A DNA stretch of 64,000 nt from a virus (lineage: Duplodnaviria > Heunggongvirae > Uroviricota > Caudoviricetes), in IMG/VR virus record IMGVR_UViG_3300021431_000002; one strand, written 5' to 3'. Made by a program: the position numbers and the translations under genes. How positions within the stretch are numbered: position 1 is the stretch's first letter; every line of letters begins with the position of its first letter. The notes beneath the pieces were generated by a model. The model ran no database searches. It was not told where the DNA came from and saw only the letters and a program-made list of their open reading frames with translations. Of this stretch, positions 10,701 through 20,495 are shown in pieces.

Positions 10701-11083
10701 CGTATAACAGCCACAGCTTGTTTTTTACCACCTTCTCCATCTGATGCAGTTACAAGCCAAGCTGGGCCTGCATTATAACCGCTAATACCAAGAACACGAA
10801 CAACCTTAAGCTGTTCTGACTCGCTCAAATAAGACTTAGCGATATAAGGCAACTCATATTTAGGGTATTGGCTTCCTTTAAACTTCTCTGTACTAGTTCC
10901 ACCAAACACTTCTTGGAACTCACGCCAGTTGGAAATATCCATTGGTTGGAATGCTGGGCCCCTTAAAGTCTCACCAGCAAGACCAAGAGTTGTAATTCCG
11001 AGACTACGTACTGCGTAAGTCATGTCAATCTCACGAGTATAAATACCTGGTGAAACGTGTATTCCTCTTGCATTATCTGCCAT
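7709..11083 (-). CDS. Tail sheath protein (gp18-like)
   Basis: VSPGIYTREID, YYPWVK, PWFAPAGIERG, RINPV, IWGQKNLQ, LNRIAVRRLL, FEPND. Confidence 0.95.
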   Translation of the reverse strand: MADNARGIHVSPGIYTREIDMTYAVRSLGITTLGLAGETLRGPAFQPMDISNWREFQEVFGGTSTEKFKGSQYPKYELPYIAKSYLSESEQLKVVRVLGISGYNAGPAWLVTASDGEGGKKQAVAVIRSRGTYHPYDTGNTSGCTCETTKYDTLRYYVGEKTVSGATECDKKGYNMNALQIREYIPLYSNGNECDGYGINGGTGVWTVSQTNKGRFKFVGVKGIYEEDEVDTIIRDKDLTRGYFEYAVSLNPYDKEYILNVLGTKAYDGDAPIFVETLYDVALEQGIANNDVSVIDSGLTEFQVYYTADFDHHEPVYGIVDKPQSSLNRKYVGRRYLASKMALKSTIDNPNGMGIRCVCYNYELGRPYTMAEISSGDPSATVITTMPSSIKPGDEEAWSARTVAEVAMKVGQIYTVKQYTTQDGKRHYYYAYYSKNSIDELKRKQSGGSEYEYVNYYGNLLNGGTKGNDGKESTLVLNNADGLYYRMNDDKSDVAYVQLDMNDYKSAYRYASTPWIVSNLKGDFDHIEMTKLFRFHTISDGNNSNYEVKVSIENIRPDEGTFDVIVRRVDDLDESIIPLERFGRCTMTPGDANYIAYKIGSFDGVYESKSKYITVEVNETTAARTSVPAGFLGYPIPKYDGLPISGNAKTDVTFPAIKYNRYFDEDIKNRKQYFGLSSWVGVDIDNFTFKGTKAYINDPSFLSHGFHLDSRLDRDYGASATTVTVDGEKGYVFDCVSTNSRTQVLDQPPVIGKEDEMYGSIYEYVNLRKFTVFFYGGFDGWDDYRDQRTNTDNFKMSQYRGFINQGSGEGYSFNKIANPDLIGLNQNGITSDWYAYLAAIRQFSNPEATDINVFATPGIDYVNQKLLVEEAIEMIEEERADSIYVITTPDKPSGAGDYVDEMYTPDEAVYNLEDTEIDSNYSCTYYPWVKYLDVDNNQYIYLPATKDVVRNFAQTDNQAYPWFAPAGIERGNVDCVRAHFITKLGDEDVLYEGRINPVKTFAQDGPKIWGQKNLQINESQLNRIAVRRLLLRMRKLIAISCIGLIFEPNDATTKQSFISTVTPIMDSIRSNRGISDYRIEVNDTIESRERRELPVKIYFKPYNALEYITIDFILSPEGVNFEDI

Positions 11084-11151
11084 AATTTCTTAATATTTTA
11101 ATTTTAATTAGTTATTTTTCTTATATATAAATATTTAATGAGTTTAAAAGA

Positions 11152-11487
11152 TTAATCCCAGAACTTAATTTCTGAAATAATATTTTGAAATTCCTCATTT
11201 TTAAATTTCTCATTCACATCAACTATAAAGTCAATAACCTCTTCATAATTGAATTCCACAAATGAATCCATCACCATTTTATGATACTCCTTAAGTTTCT
11301 CAGTATCTTGATATTTCTGATGATATTCATCTTGAATTAAAAACGCATAACTCGTAATTTTACCAACTGACCTTAAAAACTCATAAAGTTTATAGGCATC
11401 ACCGAATTCCAAATCAAATTTAAATCTCGCATTAATTTCTAGAAGAAGTCTCTCTAGAACCATAAGATTACTAAGTTTAATTTCCAT
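11152..11487 (-). CDS. Hypothetical protein
   Basis: 111-aa ORF with TATTTATA upstream. Confidence 0.7.
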   Translation of the reverse strand: MEIKLSNLMVLERLLLEINARFKFDLEFGDAYKLYEFLRSVGKITSYAFLIQDEYHQKYQDTEKLKEYHKMVMDSFVEFNYEEVIDFIVDVNEKFKNEEFQNIISEIKFWD

Positions 11488-11573
11488 AACAATTTATTTA
11501 ATCTATAAATATCTTTTAAAAACGGAAAAATACAAAAATAAAAGGGTTGCGTTCTAGCAACCCTTATTATAAA

Positions 11574-12219
11574 TTAAATTATTTCTTCGATTTTAATTTC
11601 TGTATCATTGGTTATTTTATACGAATATTTCTTTGCCTCATTATTTGCTGAATCATATACTTTCTCAAGAACACCTTTTTTCTTATATTCTTTATACGCT
11701 TCTTCATCAAATGTTATTTGAGCCTTTTTAGTGGCACTACCTTTAGAATTGTATACATTGTATCCAGTTCCTTCTATAACATAAAGAGGTACACCTAACT
11801 TATCTAAATTGCTACTGAAATATTCAAAATCTCTAGATGGATTATTAATTATCGTTTTTCCTATTTCTTCCTCGCATAATTCGATAAAATAATCATAAAA
11901 CTCTTCACTTGCTTCTGCACTATCTGGATTTTCAGCAGAATGTTTTGTGTGTTTAAACACTGGTTTTTCTGATTCTCCACTTTCTTTCTTATATGTGTCA
12001 CCATCTTTAATCAATGTGTCAAGATAATAAGATGTTGTGGAAATTAAATTATCACCACGATATTGCTCCACATAAATTGATGGAAGGGAATCATCATTTA
12101 CCCCCCCCCATTTCTATTGCACACCTATCAAATCCATCATACGATGATGCAATATCAAATACTACTCCATCTTTTATGAAATAATACTGTTTTGTACTTG
12201 TTGTGTTTAATTTAATCAT
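11574..12219 (-). CDS. Hypothetical gene split by a G9 tract (41-aa ORF 12094-12219 plus downstream frame)
   Basis: ATG GGG GGG GGT AAA TGA; removing one G fuses MIKLNTT...IEMGG to VNDDSLPSIYVEQYRGD..., giving 214 aa. Confidence 0.65.
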
Positions 12220-12269
12220 AATTTTAAAATTATATTTTATAGTTTATTATTATATTAATAAATATATTT

Positions 12270-13076
12270 TTAATCCCAATTGTCTAGAATTTTTGTTATC
12301 AAAGGATTCCTTACTATATCTTCCCTATTAAATTCAGTAACGCCAACTTCGTCTAGGCTTCTCAAATGGTTTGCCGCATATTCAAGTCCGCATTCAGACT
12401 TTTTGTTTACGATGTCACGTCTGTTAACTTGTTCGCAATCTCCAGTAATTATTACTTTACTGTTTTCTCCTAGTCTAGTAAGTAGCAGTTTCATGTTTTC
12501 CTTCGTATATTGTTCTGCTTCATTCACAAGTATTAATGAATCGTCAAACGTTTTACCCAATACATAATTGATAAATTCATATTTGATATAACCACCATTT
12601 ATCAAATTTTTAGCCATTATTTGTGGGTCTCCATTTCCGCTATTTTTAAGTATTTTGGATATTGTCTCCTCGTCACACTCCTTAAATGGTCTAGTTTTAT
12701 CTTCAAAATCTCCTTTCAAATACCCTAAATTAAGGTCAATACCTCCTGCTGGTGCTGTAGGAACAATCATAATGATGTTGCTGTACCTCCCTTCTTTAAG
12801 TTCTTTAAGCGCAAACGAAAGAGAAATGTATGATTTTCCCGTTCCAGGTGAACCAATACCAAAACAAATTTGATTTTTTTTATTTTTCAAAACATTAAGA
12901 AAATCTTTTTGCTTTTCATTTTTACACTTAATGTCAAGCTTAAAACTCAAAGCTTTTAACTGCGTTATCATTCCGCACGATGTAAGATAATTGAGAGCAC
13001 TGTCTCCCTTCATCTTGTTTTCGATGAATTCAATCTCTAATTCATCCAATCCTTTTAGATTTTTCTTTTTTCCCAT
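12270..13076 (-). CDS. phoH: PhoH-family protein with degenerate motifs
   Basis: GSPGTGKS, LGYLKGD, LLLTRLGENSKVIITGD, DIVRNPLI. Confidence 0.85.
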   Translation of the reverse strand: MGKKKNLKGLDELEIEFIENKMKGDSALNYLTSCGMITQLKALSFKLDIKCKNEKQKDFLNVLKNKKNQICFGIGSPGTGKSYISLSFALKELKEGRYSNIIMIVPTAPAGGIDLNLGYLKGDFEDKTRPFKECDEETISKILKNSGNGDPQIMAKNLINGGYIKYEFINYVLGKTFDDSLILVNEAEQYTKENMKLLLTRLGENSKVIITGDCEQVNRRDIVNKKSECGLEYAANHLRSLDEVGVTEFNREDIVRNPLITKILDNWD

Positions 13077-13232
13077 AAAGTTTTAGTTTTAAAAAAAAGC
13101 GCATAAATCCTAAAAACGGAAATATGCGCTTCATTTTTTATTTTTATTTAATGTTTTGTTGTCCATAGTACTATTGATAACTTACAATAAATATTTTGAA
13201 AAGTATAATAAAAGTTAAAAATCACCTAAAAT

Positions 13233-13264
13233 TTTGGTCAAACCAAATATTTTTTGTACCTTTG
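13233..13264 (+). promoter_or_regulatory. Bacteroidota sigma-A-type promoter
   Basis: TTTG-N20-TACCTTTG. Confidence 0.75.
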
Positions 13265-13292
13265 CATCACGAAACAAAAAAAACGATAAAAA

Positions 13293-13622
13293 ATGAAACG
13301 GTTTGAAATGATTCGCTGTATCTTCGATGCCGTGTACAACAATGGTGATGAATACAGCAAAAGTGATGCAATCAGCTCTGACTGCACTCGTGACGGTCTC
13401 GTTAATAGAGTGTATATCAAGAAACTGAAAATTGATGTTTATGCTTGCGGCAGCTATGTTGACAACGCTACAATCACATGTAGTAACAGTGACTATTCTG
13501 ACGCATCTGACGCAGACTTACGAATTGAGTTCGGTACTGAAGTCCCCACTCGCACAATTCTTTGGGCAAATGAGGTCAGTGATAAGGTTTTAGGTATTAT
13601 TGTTGAAAAAATAACGAAATAG
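13293..13622 (+). CDS. Hypothetical protein, probably early
   Basis: ORF directly after a host-type promoter. Confidence 0.7.
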   Translation: MKRFEMIRCIFDAVYNNGDEYSKSDAISSDCTRDGLVNRVYIKKLKIDVYACGSYVDNATITCSNSDYSDASDADLRIEFGTEVPTRTILWANEVSDKVLGIIVEKITK

Positions 13623-13645
13623 CCATAACGTTAATACATTCTAAT

Positions 13646-13969
13646 ATGATTTTTGGAATAACAGCTTTCGGAACCACTTGGACTATCATCGGTATAATCC
13701 TAGGACTAATTCTTTTATTCTTGCTAGGCATTTTCTATGATGAAAACATAGATGGTGATGGGTTTATTTTACTTAAGGCATTTCTTGTTGTACTTGTATG
13801 TGTATTATGGCCTATTGCCATCCTAATTGCCGTTTGCGTTGGGGCTATTGTGATGCCTATTTACCTAGGTAAAAAAATTAGGAATTTCATAGAGCAAAGA
13901 AAAGAAAAAAAGATTGAAAAAGAAAATTTCTTTAAACAGCTTGAAGAAATAAATAAAAAAGGTGGGTAA
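13646..13969 (+). CDS. Small membrane protein
   Basis: Two to three hydrophobic segments and a basic tail. Confidence 0.7.
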   Translation: MIFGITAFGTTWTIIGIILGLILLFLLGIFYDENIDGDGFILLKAFLVVLVCVLWPIAILIAVCVGAIVMPIYLGKKIRNFIEQRKEKKIEKENFFKQLEEINKKGG

Positions 13970-13981
13970 TTCCCACCTTTT
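13957..13981. terminator. Bidirectional terminator
   Basis: AAAAGGTGGG-TAATT-CCCACCTTTT. Confidence 0.75.
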
Positions 13982-13982
13982 A

Positions 13983-15476
13983 TTATGCGTATCTATTATT
14001 TAAATCGTCCACAATGTCAAAACTAAGCACGTCATGGTGGATGATACTGTTCATGCCGTATTTAATCCTTACATCAACATAATATCTGTTAGGTATTAAT
14101 ATGTTGGTATCTATCACATAGTAATTGTTCGTGAATGCCTTATTTACCCTATCCCATTCTATTACATCAATCTCTCTAGTTCCATCCTTAACATATAGCC
14201 TTATATCCATGCTATCAAGCAATTCATAAGTATTATTGGTATAAGATGGTTTTCCGTAGATGGTAAGTTTTCTAATGTCCCCTCTTTTAATCTGCTCCTT
14301 TTCTTTGATTCCATTAATCGAAGGGTTATAAGCGATATTGTCTGACTCTAGGGAATTTCCTATATTAAAATAGTTTGGAGTGTCTTTAAGCGTAAAATCA
14401 AGTTCTACAGCGTCCAATTCCTCCCCTTGGTACATTATCCCATCCCAAGTGTCATAAAGCATTGTATCGGCTTCAAAATGGCTTTTAGGGATGGTTATAT
14501 CAATATAGTATATACCCTTTGAGAATTTTTTAGCCTCAATCTCTTCCATTGGCATCCCATCCTTGCCTTTCACAACCTCATCTTCTCCATTAGTTATCGT
14601 AACTACTGGTGCTTTATCCAAATCCTCAAGATGTTCTCCTATTGTACAATATAGATATAATCTATTTTTTTTATTAAGAACAAAATTAGACCTATCATCT
14701 GATACAATATCATCGTATCTTGTTTCGACAAATGGCTCAAAAAATGTATTTGTTTTATCTGTAAGCCAACCAACATAATTTTCATACTCGCTATCACTCG
14801 CTTCAAGTAATGGTGAATATGCTATTCCTATCCCATAATTTTCTAATTCGCCATCAAGGAACTTGTTGAAAACAGATGTAATGTCTAAATTTATGTTTTC
14901 ATTGCCGTAATCAAAATGCTGTCTACCAATGATGATTGATTCTTCTCTAGCAGCCCATTTATCATACTCTTGTGATAGTCTATCATTCGTATAAACGCCT
15001 TCCTCTTCCCACTTAAGTCCATTTTGACGCTGAAACCAATTGCACCCATCTTCAGAAACTAGCCTCTTCGGGTCAATTGGGCTTGGCGAATAATAACCTA
15101 CATTGAAATGAGTTTTTGTATAATCAAAGCCCTTTCCCCTATCCCAAGGTTTAGGAATAAGGAAAAAAATGATGTCAAAAGATGCTGCACGGATTTTTTT
15201 GTTGTCGTTAATTGAACTTGTTTCACAATGATGCAACTGAGACATGTCAATAGAACTAGCATTCGTAATATGCAACGTATGCTTCATTTTTGATTTGTCA
15301 ATCATAATTCCATCATCAATAAGTTTCTTAACTTTGTTATGGTCAAAATAAATCAATGCCCTAGAAACGATTGTATCACGCCCATAAACCAATTCTGATA
15401 CTGGATTCAGTCCAGTGTTGATTTTAGAATTTGAAACAATTGTAGTAAATTTACTTATGTATGTCTTATATACCAT
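13983..15476 (-). CDS. Probable virion structural protein
   Basis: 497-aa ORF in a late minus-strand unit; no recognised motif. Confidence 0.55.
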   Translation of the reverse strand: MVYKTYISKFTTIVSNSKINTGLNPVSELVYGRDTIVSRALIYFDHNKVKKLIDDGIMIDKSKMKHTLHITNASSIDMSQLHHCETSSINDNKKIRAASFDIIFFLIPKPWDRGKGFDYTKTHFNVGYYSPSPIDPKRLVSEDGCNWFQRQNGLKWEEEGVYTNDRLSQEYDKWAAREESIIIGRQHFDYGNENINLDITSVFNKFLDGELENYGIGIAYSPLLEASDSEYENYVGWLTDKTNTFFEPFVETRYDDIVSDDRSNFVLNKKNRLYLYCTIGEHLEDLDKAPVVTITNGEDEVVKGKDGMPMEEIEAKKFSKGIYYIDITIPKSHFEADTMLYDTWDGIMYQGEELDAVELDFTLKDTPNYFNIGNSLESDNIAYNPSINGIKEKEQIKRGDIRKLTIYGKPSYTNNTYELLDSMDIRLYVKDGTREIDVIEWDRVNKAFTNNYYVIDTNILIPNRYYVDVRIKYGMNSIIHHDVLSFDIVDDLNNRYA

Positions 15477-15496
15477 ATTCCATATATTTTTGGTAA

Positions 15497-15790
15497 TTAT
15501 ATATTATTTGACCCTACCCCACCGTTTTTTAATCTGTCTTTTTCTTTATGAAAGGTTTTTGCATATAAATCAGCCTTTTGAGGGTCTCCATTACGTTTTT
15601 CTTTGGCATAGCTACTGATGTCAAAATAACTTTTATCACCATTAACTGATTTTCTTGCAGCTAATCTCGCCAATTTGTCTTGACCACCTTCAGTTTCACC
15701 AACCTCATTTAATATAATATTCACAGACTCATTTATAATCCTATATAAATCAGATTCTGTTAATCTAATCAATCTTTTATTTGTTTTCAT
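15497..15790 (-). CDS. LTESDL-leader protein (putative head-internal protein)
   Basis: MKTNKRLIRLTESDLYRIINESVNIILNE; paralog of 46820-47200. Confidence 0.7.
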   Translation of the reverse strand: MKTNKRLIRLTESDLYRIINESVNIILNEVGETEGGQDKLARLAARKSVNGDKSYFDISSYAKEKRNGDPQKADLYAKTFHKEKDRLKNGGVGSNNI

Positions 15791-15836
15791 ATATATTTTT
15801 CGTTTACTAAGGTTTAATTATATATTATAAATATAA

Positions 15837-15875
15837 AATAAATCAAGTTTGCAACTGGTACAAACTTGATTTATT
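15837..15875. terminator. Intrinsic terminator
   Basis: AATAAATCAAGTTTG...CAAACTTGATTTATT. Confidence 0.65.
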
Positions 15876-15879
15876 ATGT

Positions 15880-18800
15880 TTAAGGTTCAGTATTAACATT
15901 TATGTAGTTAATCAAATCTTGAATTGACTCGTCTTGACTCTGATTCTTAGTGTTTATTTCAGTAATCTGGTCATCTTGACTAGCATTCTTCTGTTCAACT
16001 TGAATAATCCTTTGCGACTGTCTTGTATTCTCTTGAGTTGCAAGTTGTAACGCTGCCTCAAGTGTTGCAACTCTTGCTTTAAGGGTATTAATTTCTTCAG
16101 TCACTCCAGATACAATTGCATTCTTTGATACATACAACGAATTATCGTCAATAATTGCTGCGTTGTCTCCGTGAGCAGTATTAAGGATAAGTCTTGCCTT
16201 TAACACATCTGCATCTGGAACAATTACATCCTTGGTCAATGCAATTGCGCCAATATTGCCATCCTCAGTTCTCCATTCTTGAATCAAATCATGTACAGGA
16301 ACATATACATCTTCCTTTCTTGTACCATTTACTGTGTACTCAATTACAATCCTTTCATTTGGTTTATCATAATAGATTCTATCAATTTCTGATTTAGTCT
16401 TTAGGGCAATTGTTGTTGTACCAGTTGTATTTGTGTAAATCAAGATGTTGTGTTCTTCGTCATAGTCAAGTATTGACTTAGCGTAGATACCGTCTGCATT
16501 AAGCTTAACAATTTGGTCAACTTCAGTACTGATATTAACTTTAATCTCAGGCTTTGTCGCATTTGTGTTGTCAACTGAAATAGATGTATCCTTTGCTTTA
16601 ACTTCAACCAACTTGCTATTCAATTGAGTTTCAAGAGCGTCAATATTGTTCTGTAATGCAGTATCAGCAGCCTCTCTTGAAGATGTCTCAGCAGTGATAG
16701 CGTTGTTCAATCTTACATCTTCAGCCTCTCTTGTAGCAGCTTCAGCATTTAACTGTTGCTTGATTGCATTATCCTTCTCATCAACTTCTGCCTTGCTGTA
16801 GAAATCAATAGGAATTTCAGATTTTGTTGCAAAAGTTGAATCAACTTCAGTTTTGTAATATACATCCACTGAGTTAGCTTTCTTGTTAATCTGCAACTGC
16901 AAATCAGCTTCGGCTTGTGCTCTGTTATTAATCTCGTTTGCCAAGCTATCCTCAACATTTGAGATATTGCTTTTTATTTCAGTATCAGCCGTTTTAAGCG
17001 CATTAACTTGTTCTTGCAGATTACTATCGCCACTAGACCTACTACTAATTTCATTTGCTAAATCGGTACTAACTTGTGTTAAAGTTCTGTTCAAGGTTTG
17101 GTCAGCACTTGTCCTATTGTTTATCTCTGTGTTTATTAGAGTACTTAAGGTTCTATCATTTTCGGCACGTTCTGCCTTTTCGTTGGATAATTTAACGTTA
17201 AATTCGCTATCAGCAGATTCCCTTGCGGCTGTTTCAGCAGTAATGGCATTATTTAAATCGTTATCAGCATTTAGTCTTGCTGTTGATTCAGTTGTGATTA
17301 ACGTTTCAAGGCGAGTGTCGGCATTTCCTCTGTTTGCTATTTCATTGGCTAAATTTTGTGCTATCGCATCAATGCCGCTAACTTTAACTCCGTTTTGTGA
17401 AACTGATATATATGTTTCTGTTGCTGGGTCAATCTTAACTCTAACTTCACCCGCATTATTAACTACAAGCCCATCTTTAAACTCTGCATCAACCAAAAAC
17501 TGTGATACATCTAAATATTCTACTTTCTCAGTACCGTCCTCAAGAATGTATGTGAGCATCAAGAACTGTCCAGTATGACCGCTATCATCATGGTCTGTAA
17601 GTTCAACATCCTTCAATGAAGAATCCTTGTAAATATTGATTCTAGCACCAAGAACCTCTCCGCTTGTATTTTTAAGCTCATATGCTTCTTTTACGTTAGA
17701 TGGTAATGCGGTTTCTACCTTAATAACAGATACCTTGTTAGCTTCGATTGAACTTGATAATGCTTCGTCAGCAACTTCACGTGCCTCTGTTTCTGCGCTT
17801 AATGCAGCCCAAATTGCTTTGTCCTCTGCTTCTCTTTCAGTTTTTTCTGTCTTGACATCACCTGAAAGTTGGTTATCCCAATAAAGTCTTGCATTCTTTT
17901 CGGCAGCAATCTTACCGTCAAGTTCATTATCAGCAGCTTCTCTTTCAGTCTTTTCTGTATCAATCTTACCTTCTAACTCACCATCTGCTGCTGAACGGTC
18001 AAGCTTCTCTTGGTCAAGCTCTTCATTAATAGCAGCATCACCTTCAGTTCTAGCTGAAATTTCTTGATTCAATGTCTCCAAAATGTCTTCATCACCCTCA
18101 GTCCTTGCAGAAACTTCGTTATTGATAAGCTCTATGATACTACTTCCACTAGCACCAATTTCACCAATTGCATCCCAAATCTTCTGGTCTTCATCAGTTC
18201 TTGCGGAAACTTCTTCTTCAATTTTATTTGTATTTAAAATATCCTCATTTTTACGAGCTTCTGTTTCCGCACTTAACGCATCCCAAATTTTCTGGTCTTC
18301 ATCAGTTCTTGCTGAAATCTCGTTTTCAATCATTTCAACAATACTCGTGCCACTAACTCCAATTTCACCAATTGCGCCCCAAATCTTCTGGTCTTCATCA
18401 GTCCTTGCAGAAACTTCGTTATTGATAAGCTCTATGATACTACTTCCACTAGCACCAATTTCACCAATTGCGCCCCAAATCTTCTGGTCTTCATCAGTTC
18501 TTGCGGAAACTTCTTCTTCAAGTCTCTCATCAATAACAGAATCTCCGTCAGTCCTTGCAGAAACTTCTTGATTCAATGCCTCCCAAAGGTCTTCATCACC
18601 CTTAGTTCTTGCTGAAATCTCGTTTTCAATCATTTCAACAATACTACTTCCACTAGTTCCAATTTCACCAATTGCATCCCAAATTTTATCATCTTCTTCT
18701 TTCCTCAAAATAGCTTCATCTTCGACTAAACTATTAACTTGGTTAACCAATGTATCAAGCGGTATTTCGATAGTTTCATCGTTTTCAAGCTTTATGAAAA

Positions 18801-19098
18801 TCTTTTTTTCATCTTGATTATAGCCTATTTCTTGGATAAGTTGGTTAACAACAATATCCTCTAGTTTTGCAGCACCAATCAAGTTTCCAAGGGAATTGGT
18901 GAAAGTATAAGAATCTAGACCTTTGTCATAACTGACCCCAAAAAAACCGTTGTAAAGAATATAGTTTATCTTTTCAATAATTTCCTTACTTGAGGCAGAA
19001 CCACCAGTTATGGCGTTACAAATCATGGCTGACTCAGTTGTTAAACTATTCTGCTCTCTGTAGCCATAAGGTTGCTGAATTCTATTATTTCTACTCAT
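15880..19098 (-). CDS. Long repetitive coiled-coil protein (fibre/whisker-like)
   Basis: Many E..AR...D..L/I repeats; TATTTATA motifs upstream. Confidence 0.6.
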   Translation of the reverse strand: MSRNNRIQQPYGYREQNSLTTESAMICNAITGGSASSKEIIEKINYILYNGFFGVSYDKGLDSYTFTNSLGNLIGAAKLEDIVVNQLIQEIGYNQDEKKIFIKLENDETIEIPLDTLVNQVNSLVEDEAILRKEEDDKIWDAIGEIGTSGSSIVEMIENEISARTKGDEDLWEALNQEVSARTDGDSVIDERLEEEVSARTDEDQKIWGAIGEIGASGSSIIELINNEVSARTDEDQKIWGAIGEIGVSGTSIVEMIENEISARTDEDQKIWDALSAETEARKNEDILNTNKIEEEVSARTDEDQKIWDAIGEIGASGSSIIELINNEVSARTEGDEDILETLNQEISARTEGDAAINEELDQEKLDRSAADGELEGKIDTEKTEREAADNELDGKIAAEKNARLYWDNQLSGDVKTEKTEREAEDKAIWAALSAETEAREVADEALSSSIEANKVSVIKVETALPSNVKEAYELKNTSGEVLGARINIYKDSSLKDVELTDHDDSGHTGQFLMLTYILEDGTEKVEYLDVSQFLVDAEFKDGLVVNNAGEVRVKIDPATETYISVSQNGVKVSGIDAIAQNLANEIANRGNADTRLETLITTESTARLNADNDLNNAITAETAARESADSEFNVKLSNEKAERAENDRTLSTLINTEINNRTSADQTLNRTLTQVSTDLANEISSRSSGDSNLQEQVNALKTADTEIKSNISNVEDSLANEINNRAQAEADLQLQINKKANSVDVYYKTEVDSTFATKSEIPIDFYSKAEVDEKDNAIKQQLNAEAATREAEDVRLNNAITAETSSREAADTALQNNIDALETQLNSKLVEVKAKDTSISVDNTNATKPEIKVNISTEVDQIVKLNADGIYAKSILDYDEEHNILIYTNTTGTTTIALKTKSEIDRIYYDKPNERIVIEYTVNGTRKEDVYVPVHDLIQEWRTEDGNIGAIALTKDVIVPDADVLKARLILNTAHGDNAAIIDDNSLYVSKNAIVSGVTEEINTLKARVATLEAALQLATQENTRQSQRIIQVEQKNASQDDQITEINTKNQSQDESIQDLINYINVNTEP
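18040..18690. repeat. Internal tandem repeats with about 300-bp period
   Basis: 18101-18221 nearly identical to 18401-18521; 18304-18346 matches 18604-18646. Confidence 0.9.
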
Positions 19099-19216
19099 TT
19101 TCAAATATATTATATAAATAAATTATTATTTTTCTTATTATATAAATATTATTTAATTTTTAATAATATATTAGAAAAGAAATTAAATAAAGAAAAGAAA
19201 ATAAAACTAAATACAT

Positions 19217-19248
19217 TTTGTTTTTTAACATTTTTTTATATATCTTTG
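19217..19248 (+). promoter_or_regulatory. Bacteroidota sigma-A-type promoter
   Basis: TTTG-N20-TATCTTTG. Confidence 0.75.
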
Positions 19249-19263
19249 CACTAAAGTTTAAAA

Positions 19264-19839
19264 ATGTTAAATATGATTACAACAGAAACAAAAGAAAAAA
19301 ATTTAAAATTATTTTTCAAAAAATTATCTCAACTTGGTATTGAAACTTCATACCTTGAGGAAAAATATGGTAATAACATCTTGAATGGTAGTTTTACTAA
19401 TTCCAATGAATTTGGAAACGCATATGAGGGTTCATTACTTGAAATTATACTAAAAACTCTTACTCCTTATGCAGTTAAATTAAATGAACTATTACCAGAT
19501 GAGAAAAAAGTAGATAAAAACACATTAGTAAAAATTTGTTTGCTGCATCAACTCGCAAAGGCTATTAGACTTGTACCAAATGATAATTCTTGGGAAATTG
19601 AGAAAAGAGGTTTAATTTACAAATATGATAATGAACTTCCTTCAATTAGAACTGGATTACACTCATTGATTCTGTGCCAAAACTGTGGGATTGGGTTTAC
19701 TGCCGAAGAAGCAGAAGCAATGACTGTCAATGACAGGGATTTAACAGATGACCAAGCAAGGTGGCATTCTAGTATTATGTCAACGATTGTGAGACAAGCA
19801 AGCGAACTAACTTATTTAACCTTAAATGACAAAAAATAA
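19264..19839 (+). CDS. HD-domain-like protein, degenerate
   Basis: AYEGSLLE...CLLHQLAK, where AY.GGL..H...LLHDIGK is expected. Confidence 0.55.
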   Translation: MLNMITTETKEKNLKLFFKKLSQLGIETSYLEEKYGNNILNGSFTNSNEFGNAYEGSLLEIILKTLTPYAVKLNELLPDEKKVDKNTLVKICLLHQLAKAIRLVPNDNSWEIEKRGLIYKYDNELPSIRTGLHSLILCQNCGIGFTAEEAEAMTVNDRDLTDDQARWHSSIMSTIVRQASELTYLTLNDKK

Positions 19840-20495
19840 TGGATATTAAAGATTACGATGATAGGAAAGATTTCATCACATATGCAAAAGAAGCAATTGG
19901 TCAAACACCGTTGAAAATCAAAATAAAAAAACTTGAAAAAAACGCCATAATACCAACGTATGCGCATGATGGAGACGTTGGCATGGACTTAACCGCAATA
20001 TCTGTAGAATATGATAGGGAAAATGATATGTACATATATCATACTGGAATTGCCGTAGAATCAGAAAAACATTACGGGATATTTTTATTCCCTAGAAGTT
20101 CAAACAGAAAAACAGATGCTTATTTATGCAACCATGTGGGAATTGTGGATTCAGCGATATATAGAGGGGAGATTATGTTCTGCTATAAAAATAGAACATC
20201 ATTGGAAACTTTAGCAAATAATGGAAAAATGAACTATTTTTTTAATAGTTCTTGGAAACCATTTACCGTTTCTAGTGAAGATACAGTTACATTCACATGG
20301 AATGAGACAATTAAATCGGCTAATGATGCTGGAAATTGGATTCTTGATAATCCGATGAATTTTGCCCCATATAAGGTTGGGGATAGAATAGGGCAGATGG
20401 TAGTTTTGCCATACCCAAATGTAAAAATAACCGAAGTAGCTGAACTTTCTGAAACTGAAAGAGGCTCAAACGGATTTGGTTCAACTGGAAATTAA
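19839..20495 (+). CDS. dut: Trimeric dUTPase
   Basis: GDVGMDL, PRSS, GIVDSAIYRGEI, RIGQ, RGSNGFGSTG; long insertion between motifs 3 and 4. Confidence 0.92.
   Translation: MDIKDYDDRKDFITYAKEAIGQTPLKIKIKKLEKNAIIPTYAHDGDVGMDLTAISVEYDRENDMYIYHTGIAVESEKHYGIFLFPRSSNRKTDAYLCNHVGIVDSAIYRGEIMFCYKNRTSLETLANNGKMNYFFNSSWKPFTVSSEDTVTFTWNETIKSANDAGNWILDNPMNFAPYKVGDRIGQMVVLPYPNVKITEVAELSETERGSNGFGSTGN

Noticed and set aside
16883-18571. Long plus-strand ORFs (231 and 162 aa) and similar ones at 57001-58723
   Set aside because: Ser/Leu-rich antisense shadows of repetitive minus-strand genes
18040-18690. CRISPR array or DGR template/variable repeat pair
   Set aside because: Repeats are in-frame coding with no unique spacers, no adenine-specific mismatch pattern and no reverse transcriptase in the window
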